NCBI RefSeq assembly: GCF_006345805.1 | Contig: NC_043002.1 | Span: forward strand, 71,610,001 to 71,674,000 | DNA: 64,000 nucleotides | Direction: 5' to 3' | Source: Octopus sinensis | Taxonomy: Eukaryota | Shown: positions 12,913 to 27,704 of the stretch, piece by piece | Position numbering within the stretch: the stretch's first letter is position 1 | How the letters are laid out: each line of letters begins with the position of its first letter | Notes under the pieces: model-generated | Told to the model about the DNA's origin: nothing | Databases searched by the model: none | The model's input: only the letters and a program-made list of their open reading frames with translations | Position numbers and translations under genes: made by a program

Positions 12913-13752
12913 CTGTGTGCTTATGTATTTTTCACTCGCTGGTGATGTCCTGTACTTGATATGTATTTTTTAATTTTTATTTAATAAGTCAACACCACGC
13001 AGCATTTGTCAACAGTAAGGTTTTTACATTTATATATGTATGTATGTATTATGTATTCGTGTATGTATGCATGTATAGCGTGTTTGAAATGGTGCACAGG
13101 TATTGTATATTAAGAAAAAGGAGGCAGACAAAATTTTGGATAATTTTTTGTTAGAGCGCTTTCGTTCGTTTAACCGAACTCTTCAAGAATAATTAAATCC
13201 GCGATAGCAAAACAATAAAACAGAACGTTTCCTCATCTTTCATAGAATCGAAGAGCAGATGTCTTTATGTTTTGTTTAGAAGAGGAGAAAATTTTATTTT
13301 TTGCAACACTATACCACAGGTAAAAATGTGCAAAGCAGTGGTTAGCTAAGTGAAATCATATCATGTTTACTATTTGGTGTGTACCTTACCTTTCCTACAT
13401 TATCGTTCATCTGACAAGCACTGCTCGATCACAACTGAACAGATTTTATATAACAATGAGAATATCAACAACACTTTATAGTGGATAACACACAAGCTCT
13501 CATCTCACTAAAACTATGGAACGAATTCAATACCTCTAGGATGGAAAAGCAACCAAAAGGGGTGTCCTTGCAATTTCTTAAATGGAAACCACAAGGATTT
13601 CTACTGACTTATTTACTAATTCCTCACTTATACGACCTTCCAAATCAATAAACGATACACACATACTCAAACGCTTATTTCCAACTTATCGAGTGTTAAT
13701 ATCATTCCTCAGACACGTGCCGACACATGAAATCAAGATTATTTCTCAGACT

Positions 13753-13950
13753 AAGGCGGCGAGCTGGCAGAAACGTTAGCACGCCGGGCGAAATGCTCAG
13801 CAGTATTTCGTCTGTCGCTACGTTCTGAGTTCAAATTCCACCGAAGTCGACTTTGCCTTTCATTCTTTCGGGGTCGATTAAATAAGTACCAGTTACGCAC
13901 TGGGATCGATATAATCGATTTAATCCCTTTGTCTGTCCTTGTTTGTCTCC
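13753..13950 (+). mobile_element. SINE B1, 3'-truncated
   Basis: Same head and core as 12583-12813; TSD tctcagact at 13744-13752 and 13951-13959. Confidence 0.85.
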
Positions 13951-14537
13951 TCTCAGACTTAGGGACAGAACTTCTCCAGTGCAACATGAATTACATCGAC
14001 ACCTAACACAAAACTAATGAAATTAATTTTATATAAATCTCTCTTCCTCCCTCTCTCTCACTCTTTCTTTCTATCTCTCTCTCTCTCTCTCTCTTTCTAT
14101 CTCTCTTCTTTCATCAATAGCAGATAATACGAAATATGAACCATCACAGCCGACAACATTAGTATATCTCTCCGCACATAATATGAATTGCGCCACGTTT
14201 GCTGAATTCACAGAAAACAGAAAAAAAAAACATGGCATCAAAGTAGAATTGTGTAAAGCCATATTCTAAGTTATCTTTGATGTCATATTGAAAAAACTGA
14301 GTGTTGACTGTATTTCTTCGGCTCAGGTTATTCCGTTAGTTTACTGAATTTCTTTTTTCTCATTTTTTTCTCAGTTCTACAGTAACATTATATCACTATC
14401 TTTAAAACTGAAGCATCTCTCTTTCTCTCCCTCCACTTTTCTGTCTCTTTCTCTCTCTCTCTCTTTATCGGTCCATCTATCTATCAATTTATTTATTATC
14501 TTTATATATATATATATATATACATACAAACATACAT

Positions 14538-14586
<49 letters not shown>

Positions 14587-14740
14587 TATATATATATTTA
14601 TTTACATAAATACATACATACCTACATTCTTACATACATATAATTTCTCTGGAAAAAACTTATATTACTAACATTGATTATCTACTTTATTCAAATCCTC
14701 AGACATTGCTGGCAGCGTATAACGCTTTTAAGGCCCGGTG

Positions 14741-14839
<99 letters not shown>

Positions 14840-15364
14840 TATGATATATATAATAATATATATATATATTCATATATATATACACATATAAAATATATAT
14901 ATAATATATAGATATATGTATGTATATATATATATATATATACATGCATATTATATATATATATATATATACGCACATTTGTTTGACTTTACAAAATGCT
15001 GATTTTTCATATTTATTTGCATGTTTTTCTTTGGCTTATCTTACTGATTATTGCAATCGTCTTAGAATTTAAATGTCGATATTTTGAAGATTATGGATAT
15101 TGTATAAATATATATATTTTTTTGTTATTGTTATTAATCACCGAACGTTGCTTATTTGTGTATGTCGTTAGCGTCTGCGTTATTCGAGAACAGGCAACTG
15201 ATAAGATGTTGAAAATTCTAGATATAAAGGAAACCCCTTTTCCTACTGCTGACTCAATGTCGTCCACATTGCAGACTAATAAAAACGCTTCTCAATTTAC
15301 AGGAAGCAGTGACTGTGGCTGATGTCCATAAACATAGACGCACAAACTCATATATGCACTTATA

Positions 15365-15435
<71 letters not shown>

Positions 15436-15530
15436 CATAAACACATATGCAATTATACATACACAAACACACTCACACCACTCATACATACATATTTGTG
15501 TGTTTGTGTGTGGTGTGTATGTGTGTGTGA

Positions 15531-15822
15531 AGGTGCATGACTTAGTGGTTAAGGTGTTGCACTCACAATAGCGAGATCGGAGGTTCGACTCCCAGACCGA
15601 GCGTTGCGTCTTGCTCTTGAGCAAAGCACTTCATTTCCCGTTGCTTTGCGATAATTTCGACAAGTGGCACCCGTTGCACTTGTACAGGTAATGTCGATCT
15701 GATGAAGGGAGTGAGCTTGTGTCTATACAAACATTTGATCACAATAAACAAATCATCTGTGTGTTAGTCCGGTAAGATATTGTCGAATCCTCGTACGCCG
15801 TCTAACGCCGAGAGAACCTATT
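15531..15822 (+). mobile_element. tRNA-derived SINE family C (single copy here)
   Basis: A-box-like tgacttagtgg and B box ggttcgactccc, followed by a cttgagcaaagcactt post-tRNA segment and a non-tRNA body. Confidence 0.65.
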
Positions 15823-18800
15823 GCATATGTATATAAACATCTTTTGTATAAGTAAAACAAAGGTTAATGTTTGTCAGAAGCCGAAATTTAACCTGGTTTC
15901 ATTGGCGTATAAGTAAGTGAAATTTTCAAAAATGACCCTTGAACTAGATGCCGATCCATCTTGGGGTTTCCTTCTAAGCCATTGCTTAAAATTGTGTGCA
16001 ACTGAGTGTGGCAACGTGAAATAAAGTACTTTACTAAAGAACACAACGCACTCCGCTCCAGTAAACGAAACCACGATCGTGAGTACAGTTCTCTAACTAC
16101 TAGTCCGTGTTCTATAACAATGAAAGCATAGCTTTAGATAAAAAAACAAAATCACCATAATCTGCATTGGTGTATATTTTTGTTTGAATTTTTTTTTTCT
16201 CAAACTATTCATTTGAAGGAAAAAAATTTTTGCCTATGATTTAATTATAGATATCTTTCTCAGATTTTTTTCTCTCTGCGAAGTTAATTTTTTATTAAAC
16301 CTTTGTTTCACTTCAAATATTTGATAGAAGATTTTTTTCCTGATAATTTCAATGAATGTGATATTTATCTTTTCAAAGCTTGTTTCTTGCGATTAAAGGT
16401 TAACATAACAATTGAAGGAAACAATTTCAAAAAGAGAAACAAACCACTGATTGAAGGAGGCATAATCATATTTTTCTTCAACTTTCAATATTAAACATGA
16501 ATTTTTATCTCCGTATTTTTCACACTTTATTAACAAGTGTTTCTGACGTAAACTACTTCGTCAAATATATGTAAGAAATATTAAACGTCGGATGTTATTA
16601 AGTTAATCTATAGTGAAGCCACGAAACAGAATTGAATCCCAATCATGGATTTAACAGACCAGTAACTAACACCTAAGCTAACGAACGAGAATCTGCATGA
16701 TCCAGCGACCTTCTATAAATATTATTCAAAACACTATCAAAACGCACATCCTGCAGTTTTTAAAATGACACAAGGGCACATTAGATTATGCTATCTCCTT
16801 AAAAACATAAATATGTTATGGTTCGAATGTAATGCATTTAAGCAAAGATATGTTTGCCCGAGTCGAGTTGACTTGAAGCTTAAAAACAATATCATCATCA
16901 TCATTAACGATTGTTTTCTACTCTGAAATGGCTGCCATATTCAAAACCTATTCTTAATTTCTTTCTTACCATGATCAACGGGGAAAAGAAATACACTTTT
17001 GTGATATAAATAAAGAGAATGTTATATTTAAGAATTTTTCTTTGGACCTGAAAGAACAGGTCAGCAATATCAATTTGCGTCGAGCGCCCTCCTGATTTCC
17101 AAGACAAATAATGTTTTGACTTTTCACCAAGCGCATATTCTTTAGAAAGGGAGATAACTTTCCAAATGGCTAAATTAACCGTTTGAATGAGTTAAGTGAA
17201 TAAATGAACAAAGGTGACAGCTTTGAAACGGCACCCAAATATTCGGCCAAACCATATCGCATCCCCTTCAGAAAGGAATTGCATATTTGATATTGCGAAC
17301 TCAGATAAAGTAGAAACTGGATTTGTCAGTTATAGGATGGTTTCTACCATAACATTTCTGGATAAGTGATAAAATCGGTTGAACAATGATAACAGCCTCT
17401 AATGGAAAGTTGTTTACGCCAATGGCGTGAAATATGGGTTCCTATAAACAAAAGAGAAGCGGTATTTATTTCACGAATAAAAGACAGAGTCGGATCCTGG
17501 AGAATTTAGTCAACAATCCGAATGAAATAATAGTACGTATTTAATCAAACATAAGAGCCTCTATATGATGACTTGACCCTCTATAAATAGCAGCCGAGTT
17601 TTCATCAAATCATATGTTACCTCCTTTAAAAGGAATAACATAATATAAATTATAACTCTTCATAATATATATTAGAACTGGACGAAAAATATGTAACATA
17701 ACAAGATAAATATTGCCTAATAGCTTTCATCATATTTCTGCCTAATTAGAGTTGGTCTGGGTCTAAAATAGAATAACGACAGACAATATCAACTATAAAC
17801 CATAGAATAATAATAAATAGCAAATAACGATGTTTTGTTATGTACTTCTTTTCACGGTGAAGTCCAGTCAATGTTAGCTTTTAATTTTGCATTCATCTAC
17901 GGTCTATATAAAAGAAGTTGATTTAAATAGTTGCATTCTACCATCTGAAATTGCTGGCTCACTTCTAATTGTGGACCCCACCAGCCACCTTTTAAAAGAA
18001 AATATTAAATATGAAAATTTTTGTTGAACAATGGTATTTGTTTCTATATCTACAACTCCCCAATTTTCAGGTCTATGTTTAATAACACACATTAACTTTC
18101 ACAATTCCTACTAATCCGAAACACTTCATATTAACTGAAGCTTTCTATAAATTAAATGATTCCAAACAGTAACATCAAATAATTTGCTTACAGAACATCA
18201 GGTAAAGGAATAGCGTGAATAACATGGTGACTGTTAGAGTTCCTGGTACTTATTCGGAGTCCTGCCAATGACAGGAAATCAATGCATTGTTTGCAGTGTC
18301 GCAAATAGCACGAGGCACGTAATATGATAAGGTCTACCTAGAATACAAACATGTGAGAATAATACGTCTTTATGTCTTTATTATTATTGTTGAGCATGAA
18401 GGGACAACTCACTGGTGTGATTGATAAAAGCCTATTGTAACGGAAAGAAACTACGAATGATTTGAGTAAGTATTAGGTTCAAACGAATAAATTGTAGCAA
18501 ATTTTCTAGCAATATTAGCGGCGCCAAGAAGAGGAATAATAAATCTGACTATTTTTATGAAATGTGTTCGTTCTAAACTAATCAGGAGGCGCTGATATCA
18601 AATTCATTTGCATATGTTGTCAATATGTTTCTCAGAGATGCTTTCTAAATTTTCCTAATGTATTGTGCATGAAATGCATAAACGAACATTAATACAGTAT
18701 GGTATAGTCTTTTAGCAGTATTATTGGAAGATCTGGCCATTTTCACTTACATTTAAGATTATATTTGTTTTGGATTTTGTCTTTTTATAAAGCATTTATT

Positions 18801-20554
18801 AAAAAAATAAGAATCTGTTACACAAATGCCGTACTTGCACTTTTGTCTTGTTTTCTTATTAGGCATCAACACTTATCTTTCATAATATGTATATTTTACA
18901 GTCCTTGGCATAGCATTTCTTTTATTTATTTGTAAATATATTCTCCTTACACTTAAATAATTCGTTATAAATTGTTGAGAAATTATTATAAATTGCTACG
19001 AAATAAATGCACTTTAATATCTTTTAGCTTCTAAAAATAAGACTCTCTATCAAGTAACTTATCCACAAGATTTCATTAATGCTCTTCTGTTAAACTTCCC
19101 AATGACATCTACTATCGACAATTCGCACGCTAAATTTTGTTCTCATTCAAGTCCATTGCTTCGGATTTATGACACCAAATCGGTAGTATTGTTCGTCATC
19201 ATGGTCGAAATTCACACAAAATAATTTAAAATATGCTCACTTGAAAATATCTGTACCAATCGTTCGCTGAGTTACTGTGGCAAAGTATCAACAAATGATA
19301 CTAGGCTGCGCGTGAACTTACTACACTTACAAGTTCTGGTTGTATTAAATCGCAAGCATAAATTAGAAAAGTCAGACAATGTCGAAACACTGTTTAACAG
19401 TTAGGTATCTTTAGGTTTGAATACCTGGATATAAAACCAACTAACGCTAAGATAAATTAAGAAGCACTGCTTGCCGTTAACGGATTAGTGTTATATTCAA
19501 ACCAACTTGGGAAAATTCTTCAAGTAGGATATATTTCAAACTCGTTTCCTACTCAAGTAGCCCTTAGAAATTGATAGTTTATTCTTCAGAAGAAGCGGTA
19601 TATCTGTTTACAACTTTCCTTGGATAATAAAAGTGTGACAAACGTCTAAATAGATACATTTAAAAGCCCAATCCCATTCAAATTTTACAGTCTATTTCCA
19701 TAAGTTCATCTGCTTTTCAGATCTCTCAGCTAATAACACTTTTCAGTTCATAATTTCTGTGTCGTAATAGTCTAAGTCTAGCTCAAATAATGTCTTTCCT
19801 TCAGGATGTTAATCTAGAAAATGATTTAATGAACTATTCCGCAAAATTGTGGGGTTTTTTATTTTGTTTTTGTGGATGGGGGAGATATAGTCTTTTTCTC
19901 TTATTATTTCACTGTAATAAAACAGCAAAAGAATTGTGGTGTGCTCGCTTTGTAACGTTTTAAGCCAAAGGGATTGTTTAAAACCAAAAATTAATATCGC
20001 TGCTAACTTTTCTGAAATACCAACACATTACAGTTTTACATTTTCAGTGGCTGCAATTGACGTGTTAGACTAATGTTGAAATCATATTTCAAATCAGTGT
20101 CCCAATATGAATCTAAATCTGTATTTATGCTCGAAAGTGCAAATTTGTTGTAGAACAGTTTACTTTCAGTGGTATGAAGAAAGAGGATAATATGAATGTA
20201 GACACATGATAGTAACCGCAACAACAATATTTTTAGTTGTGGTTATAGTAAAAACAAGAACGAGACTATAACAGCAACTATAACAGTGAATTTGTAATTG
20301 ATGTATTTATTTTTTTTTTGGCCGGGGGAAACGCTTCCGTTCTTACTAGTAGGAAGCATTCCCATTTGCACCGCTTTATAGAGGTAAAACTTGTAAATGT
20401 CTAGAGGATGCAAATAGAACAAAATATTGTGCTTTTTTTTTTTTTGTCTACATTAACTATTTCGTGGATGTAGCGAAATTCTAAAATTGATACTATTCTG
20501 TAATTTAAGATAACAGTGATACTGAAAGAAAATATAGTCATCTTAAATATTCAA

Positions 20555-20856
20555 TAGTGCAGGCTTAGTAGTTAGAGCAGCAGATTCGCGGTCGAAGGAT
20601 CGCGGGAGCGAATCTCAAACCGGGCGATGTGTGTGTTTATGAGCGAAACACTTTAGCTACATGCAGCTCCGACAAAGGGTAATGGCGAACTTCTGCTGAC
20701 TCTTTCGCCACAACTTTCTCTCACTCTTTCCTCCTGCATCTTGCAGCTCACCTGCAACGGACCGGCGTCCAGTCCAAGTGGGAAACCTATACGCGAAGGA
20801 AACCGGGAAATCGCCCCTTATGAGCCAGGCGTAGATTGAGAAGGAACAACCAACAA
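20555..20856 (+). mobile_element. tRNA-derived SINE family E, tail variant 2
   Basis: Head and central domain shared with 6695-7083, but a different 3' half ending gagaaggaacaaccaacaa. Confidence 0.65.
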
Positions 20857-21197
20857 ATATTTAATTACGAGGATTTTAAGTCATCTATAGAGATGCTCTG
20901 TATTTCATGCGTGAAGAAAATTAGATTGATCAAAATATCTCTTTCCGAAGAGAAATGCAAACGTCAACATTAGCCACAAAGGCCATCTGAATGGTTAATA
21001 AATACCTAGAATCAGCAAAGAGCCAACAAAACAAACAAAAACCCATAATAAAATCACATTCACGTCTAATATACCCTCTTGATAACGAGAATTTGGTCTG
21101 TCGGAGGCAGAGCATCGGCATGGACCACGAACCGCAGCTACTGAACTATTTTAACCGGAGAATGGGTAATCTTCTCATATTTAAGATGGTGTCCGAC

Positions 21198-21488
21198 GAA
21201 TTCATCTACAAAAATTCGCCTACAACAATTCATCTACAATTCATCTACAACAATTTATCTACGGATGCAATTCATCTACAACTACACACACACACATATG
21301 CGCACACTCATACAACCACATACACACACATACAACCACACACGCTTGCATACAACCATACGCATACACATACATACAATCACACACACACGCACGCACA
21401 GCTACATACAACCACACACACACGCACGCACACATACATACAACCACACACGCATGCAACCACACACAGACGAATTGTAGACGAATTC
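21198..21488. repeat. Possible small MITE with repeated aattcatctac units and an internal CA-rich tract
   Basis: gaattcatctacaa (21198-21211) versus ttgtagacgaattc (21475-21488), 1 mismatch. The unit is repeated about 5 times near the left end. Confidence 0.4.
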
Positions 21489-22206
21489 ACTTAGAAGCGT
21501 CTAAGATATCCAGTTGCTGTCATTATTACTGAAAGTTTCACTTTAATTCCACTGGATTACACGTGGTGTCATTTCATTTCTCTACTCCACCGTATATCTA
21601 ATCCAGTGTGTATCTTTGTTGTAACGTATATTTTCATTTTAATTCCTTTGCACAGTGTTTGAAATTCTGTTAATATTATTGATATTTACATTGAGGATAT
21701 CCATAATTGAGCAGACTTACTATTGTAACACTTATTCTTTTTCATTCACAGTGTATTTCGTAATTAATCCAAAGTTTCCTTCCAATTTTAAGATGGCAAA
21801 GTTCAATTTAAGAATAAATTGGTGGCTATTTTTAGAAGGCCTATTGACCACATAGAAGCCTTGGTCAAGTAAACTTATCAAAATGCTTTGTAACCGTTAG
21901 CATCTATTTTTTTTAGTTCTTTTTTCATTTGTTCGATGCCACCGTAGAAACTGAGTGAAGTAGGTCATATAGTATGTATATATTTAGCTTTGTGCTTCAG
22001 TGCAAATATTTTGTTGAAGATCTCAGTTGTTTGTTCTGTGTTATTTCATAAGCTTGTTTCTGTCAATCAAGATTTATTGATTTTTAATGGTCATTTCTCG
22101 TATTTTACATATTCTGTTATTCTCATAGATGCCAATCGCGTAGAATATGAGTTATGGGATGTTTTTTACGCTACTGCTGCTGATGCTGCTGTTGCTGCTG
22201 CTATTG

Positions 22207-22238
<32 letters not shown>

Positions 22239-22249
22239 GGTGGGGGAGG

Positions 22250-22480
22250 GTGGCACGGCGGGCTTCTAGAATTCCTAGCACATTGGACAAAATGCTTAAC
22301 GGCATTTTCTTTGGTTTTTACATTCAGGTTCAAGTTCTGAGAGGTCGATATTGCCTTTCTTTCTTTCGGGGATCGATGAAATAAGTACCAGTTGAGCACT
22401 AGAGTCGAGGCATTCGACAATCCTTCTCCTCCAAAAATGCCATGCCTTGTACCTATTCTAGAAAGAATTATCATTAATAG
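22250..22480 (+). mobile_element. SINE B, tail variant B2 (degenerate)
   Basis: B-type head and tttcgggg..tcgat..aataagtaccagttg core, then a cctccaaaaat..gccttgt...tagaaagaattat tail. Confidence 0.6.
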
Positions 22481-23387
22481 TAACATTATGATTTTAAACG
22501 CTTATAAACGTATAATGGAAGGAAAAGTTCATGATACCGGTAGAGTATCACCTTCTCCCATTACAATTATTTCCTGTCTTAAGGATCTGGAATGCCAAAG
22601 AAGAAGCTCACAAGCGGATGCAATTTAATAATCATTTATTGTGATTCCCGATCTTGTTTCCCGTTTCCGGTGTCTATCTTCATGGCAGCACATGACTTGT
22701 GATGTCTTCACTCACGTGAGGCGCATTGCCTCTGGAGAATATCATATGTGGTTAGAGCGGGTTAAAGTCTGCAGTAAATGCCTGCTTCATAGCGTCCCTC
22801 AGCGTAAGCGAGCTGGAGAGAACTAAGAGATTGAATGTTTTTCGCACCTGCTTAAGTCGTTGTCGAGGAGAGTCTCGTGCATGGCAAACGGTTGTACGCC
22901 AGATCTCGCTCTTGTCTCGGACAAGATAATAGCTGCCTGTGAGATATCGTACAAAATGGTGCTGGCTACTTGTGCCACGCTACAAATTTTGTTTCTGTTC
23001 TCAGCGTTAACTTCTCCATTGCTACTTTTTCTAAGATTTTCTTTTTTCTAGAACTTGGATATTGTTTTGCTAGCATGTTGCAAAATGGAGAGGAAAGATT
23101 CCTTTTTGATAATAACAACGTCATTGACCAAACTTGAGTAAGAGCTGTAGTTTTAATGACTACACCTATAGAAACTGGGCCCACCGGATGTGTCCCTCAA
23201 ACTGCAATATTAACTACTGCAAAAAAAAATTAAGAAATTCACTTGAATCAAAAGCATCGACATATAGTTGTTCCAAGCACTTCCAGGAAAAAAAGTCGTA
23301 TTTGGAATTCAACACACTGCTATGGATCATTGGAATCCGAAGGATGCACTCGTGGTTTAAATTAATTTCTTCATGTTCTTTTAATGA

Positions 23388-23552
23388 TGTGACTGTGTGG
23401 TAAGTAGATTTCTTACGAACCACATGGTTCCGGGTTCAGTCCCACTGCGTGGCACCTTGGGCAAGTGTCTTCTATTTTAGCCTCGGGCCGTCCAAAGCCT
23501 TGTGACTGGATTTGGTAGATGGAAACTGAAAGAAGCCCGTCGCATATATGTG

Positions 23553-23618
<66 letters not shown>

Positions 23619-23855
23619 TGTATGTATGTATGTATGTATGTATGTATGTGTGTGTGTGTATGTATGTGATTCTGTGTTTGTCCCGCAACATCGCTTGACA
23701 ACCGATGCTGGTGTGTTTACGTCCCCGTAACTTAGCGGTTCGGCAAGAGAGACCTATAGACTAAGTACTAGACTTACAAAGAATAAGTCCTGGGGTCGAT
23801 ATGCTCTAGCATGACAACAGTCACATGACTGAAATAAGTAAAAGAGTAAAAGAGA
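23388..23855 (+). mobile_element. SINE A, near full length, internal (TATG)n
   Basis: tgtggtaagtag...ggttcagtcccactgcgtggcaccttgggcaagtgtcttc...gactgaaataagtaaaagagtaaaag. Confidence 0.85.
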
Positions 23856-24500
23856 AAGTGTATAGAGAATAACAGGGAACACATTTATTTCAATATTAAT
23901 TTCAAATAGAATTAAACTGCTTTTAATCCTGGTTCTGTACCCTTGTTTAATTAGTATGACTTAGACATTTATATATCGTTTAAAAGTCCAGCATTAATAC
24001 GTTATTAACGTTGAATGCGTCATATACATCATATGATAGCAAATTTATATCTTACTTGAAAGATGACATTCAAGGGATAGCCATTAGTGTCCTATAATAC
24101 TAAATATACTTTCATTCAGCACAAGTCTTCATTAAGGACAATTTAAGGCTAAACTTATGTCCAGTTCAAAATTCTTTAAGGAATATTTCAACTTCTGATC
24201 TCTATCACAGCAATTTGTGTAGGAAAATTTGTCGCTCAAATCGGAACGTTGCTAAAACATTATCATCAGATCTGCTCGTCACCAACTATATTGATAGAAC
24301 TAGTTTGTTTTCTACTTCACCATTTGCAATTCTGAGCTAACTAGAAAAGCCTTTACACTGAAAAGCCCCTACAGGTGCAAACAAGAAAATTGCAGCGAAG
24401 CTGCATGATAGCGGGGTCAGACGTTGCATGTAGACCATCATATAATTTGCTTGACGTCGAATTTTTATTCTCCGCTTCCGTTTCATTTTGACATGCACAT

Positions 24501-24703
24501 TACTCTTTATTCTTTTACTTGTTTCAGTCATTTGACTGCGGCCATGTTGGAGCACCGCCTTTTAGTCGAACAAATCGACCCAGGACTTATTCTTTGTAAG
24601 CCTAGTACGTATTCTATCGGTCTCTTTTGCCGTACCGCTAAGTAGCGGGGATGTAAATACAGCATCGGTTGTCAAGCGATCTTGGGGGACAAACACAGAC
24701 ACA

Positions 24704-24763
<60 letters not shown>

Positions 24764-24858
24764 ACACACACACACATATATACATATATATATATATATA
24801 CATACATATATACGACGGGCTTCTTTCAGTTTCCATCTACCAAATCCTCTCACAAGGG
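24501..24858 (-). mobile_element. SINE A lacking the tRNA head
   Basis: Tail, core and internal (CA)n/(TA)n match the other copies; similarity stops at cacaaggg. Confidence 0.85.
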
Positions 24859-25144
24859 TTATACATATGCGCATTGCTTTTTTATTTTTCTCTTCCGTTT
24901 TAGGAATTCCGCGTGCACATTCGCATTGCGTGTTCACTCTTCTTTTTCCGGTTCAAAACAGTTTACAGATCACAACTATCTCACAAAGTTGGTTCGTGTG
25001 TAGCGCTTTGCGCGTTCACTGGTTGTGGAAATAATCTCAAACATTTTTGAATTAGTCTTAAGTTTGTATTCTTTCAGTCACTCCCCACATCTAATCACGA
25101 ATTTAAGGTCATTCTCTATAACCCGAGCAATCCCGAGTATTCTA

Positions 25145-25691
25145 TTGGGTTGTCCAGAAAGTTCGTGCCGATTTATAGAAGCTTTCGACTTATTTTAGAA
25201 CATATTTGAGTTCATAAAATAGGATTTTACTACACCTCCATTTAGAGCTCCAATTAAGCTATCTTTTTGTGGAACCTGTTTTAATTCTGTAACTCTTTAA
25301 AATGGAAGATAAGAAAGTTTATTTTCGGCACTTGATGCTTTTCATTTTCCGTAAAGGGAAAATGCCTCACAAGCAACCAAAGAAATATGCGCAGTTTACG
25401 GTGATGTTTCTTTATCCGAAAGAACTGTATGGAAGTCGTCGCAAGGCTTCGAGCGGGAGATTGTAGCCTTATTGATAAAGAGCGATCAGGCAGGCTATCC
25501 ACTACAGATGATGACCAAATCAATTCATTAATGAAGAATAACTCACATTGCACACCCCGAGAATTGCCAGAAAGCCTCAACCTATCAAAATCCGTCGTTC
25601 ATGAGCACCTGGTAAAGCTTGGGTAATGGCAAGTATTTATTGACCTTTTTCTTTCCTTTAAAAATCGGCACGAACTTTCCGGACAACCCAA
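25145..25691 (+). mobile_element. Mariner internal-deletion derivative retaining the transposase N-terminal DNA-binding region
   Basis: Same TIRs as 9410-9977, with TA flanks. Frameshifted MEDKKVYFRHLML...RLRAGDCSLIDKERSGRLSTTDDDQI...SKSVVHEHLVKLG. Confidence 0.9.
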
Positions 25692-26059
25692 TATTACAAA
25701 TTAGTAATAAAACCTTCAGAATTTGAAGTCCAATTTTTATGTATCATCTCATTGTATGACTACACACATCTCAGTGTGTCTTGCTTCATACAGGGTGTAC
25801 TTTTGATTGTTTCTCTTATTATATGGAAATTAAACTTAGTGAGAGATCTGAATCGCCTTGTGGTAATATTTTCTATATAATGTGTATATTACTACGTCCC
25901 CGCGCGTTGGGGATATTTAGTTGTCTACTTCACTTGTTATCACTTCTTGTGTCTGGAGAGGAGTGTCTATATAAATATAAAAATATGAGCGTATACGTGT
26001 GTATAAATTTGTATTTATATATATGTGCACATATTTCGATGATTTCTTTATAGTGATAG

Positions 26060-26094
<35 letters not shown>

Positions 26095-26393
26095 TATGCA
26101 TGTGTATCTGTGTGCATATGTGTGCGTTTATCTATGTATATATAAGCTTGTGTGTAATCTTATTTACTACTGACGGCTAAATATTTCCTTTCTTTCATTT
26201 TCTGTTCATTCAAAATTAATAACGTTAACGTTATATTCAACTCAATTGAAAGTGTTGTGTCTATTTCTGTGTATAGATTTATGTTTGTCTATATCGGTGA
26301 ATAGCCGTATTTTTAGGTGTGGCTTCTCTTTGTCTCTGTCTTTTAATATTTTTCTATCACACACACACACACACACACGCACACACACACATA

Positions 26394-26481
<88 letters not shown>

Positions 26482-27704
26482 CGCTTTACTTGAACTCTTC
26501 ACCTCGTTTCTGTTTGATACAATCTGAAGCATTCGGCTCTTTGTATCTTCCATCAGGACGTTCTTTACCGCTACGTTCTTCTCTCTCGCTTATGCTACTC
26601 ATACCATCGTCCTCTTTTGAGCAATACATCACCTTCTCCATTACCCTTTTAACTGCTATTGTTCTTCATTTACTTGTTCCCAGCCAATGTACGGCACCAT
26701 TTCCATCCCATTAACACGTTCTAAGAAAAAGGGCAGGAACCATAACTTTAGACTCTTTACTTTGACTGTTACAGAACAATACTTGTCAATTACTTTTTGC
26801 AGGCTTAGATCATCAATAACTTTCTAGTATTCGTGAATTTAGCTTGCTAAAGCTTTAAACCCTATATGTCCCCTTATCACTGTAGGTTGTGATTTGAGTG
26901 AGATGTAGTTGTTATTTTTATCGGATTAAGTGGATGCTTAGAGGATTCCTCATTTGCTTTGTTGCACCTTATGGTAGACATGGTAATACTTATAAATGGA
27001 CATACGGAAAGAGAAACGCATTTAGAGGGGTGAATGAAGGGTCTGTCAAGAGCGATGCTGTTATGGTGGTGACTGTTGTATAAGCCTGTATAGGTTATAT
27101 TGCCCAAAAGAAGCACAAACTAAAGAACTACCCCGGACGACACACACTCTAGGTAGTAAATATGAAAAATACATTGTTAGATTGGTTTTCAACGATTTCC
27201 AAAGATTTATTAAAATGTTTGATTATTTATTGTAATAAAAATTTTCTTATACTCGAGGTTTTAAATCTGAATTTTCCAAGCAACAGCATGGTTATATATG
27301 GCACGTGGCACCTTTTCCATTCTGATATAGAATTGAGAATTGATAGGCGTTTGCTGCCATCAATTTCTCCGCATCTTTCAACTGCTTTCACTTTAATCGT
27401 ATATTTTCTGCTAATTATTCATTGCTCTTCTCTAAAAGTTTCTCATAATTTGTCACTTTCCTTGAAAACAGAGAAAGATTTCTTCTTCTCGAGTTGTTTC
27501 TATGTTTTCTTCTATACAATCATTATGAGTATACAAGAGAAAACTATGTAAAAATGGGTGTTTTCTGCGTTCATGCCGTATGAAAATGAACTGCTAATGC
27601 CCATTGATGGACAACATATTCGAAATATATTAATTAATTTTCTCCTTTCTGTATCTTGTCTCATCAATCTTTTGTGCTCATCTTTTCTTTCTTATATTCT
27701 AGAT

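Noticed and set aside
15531-15600. tRNA-like sequence with A and B boxes (also the heads of SINEs A, B and E)
   Set aside because: No complete cloverleaf is evident, and the sequence continues into SINE bodies.
20036-20227. ORF with a signal-peptide-like start
   Set aside because: It starts at TTG rather than ATG in a eukaryotic context and shows no recognisable family or splice support.
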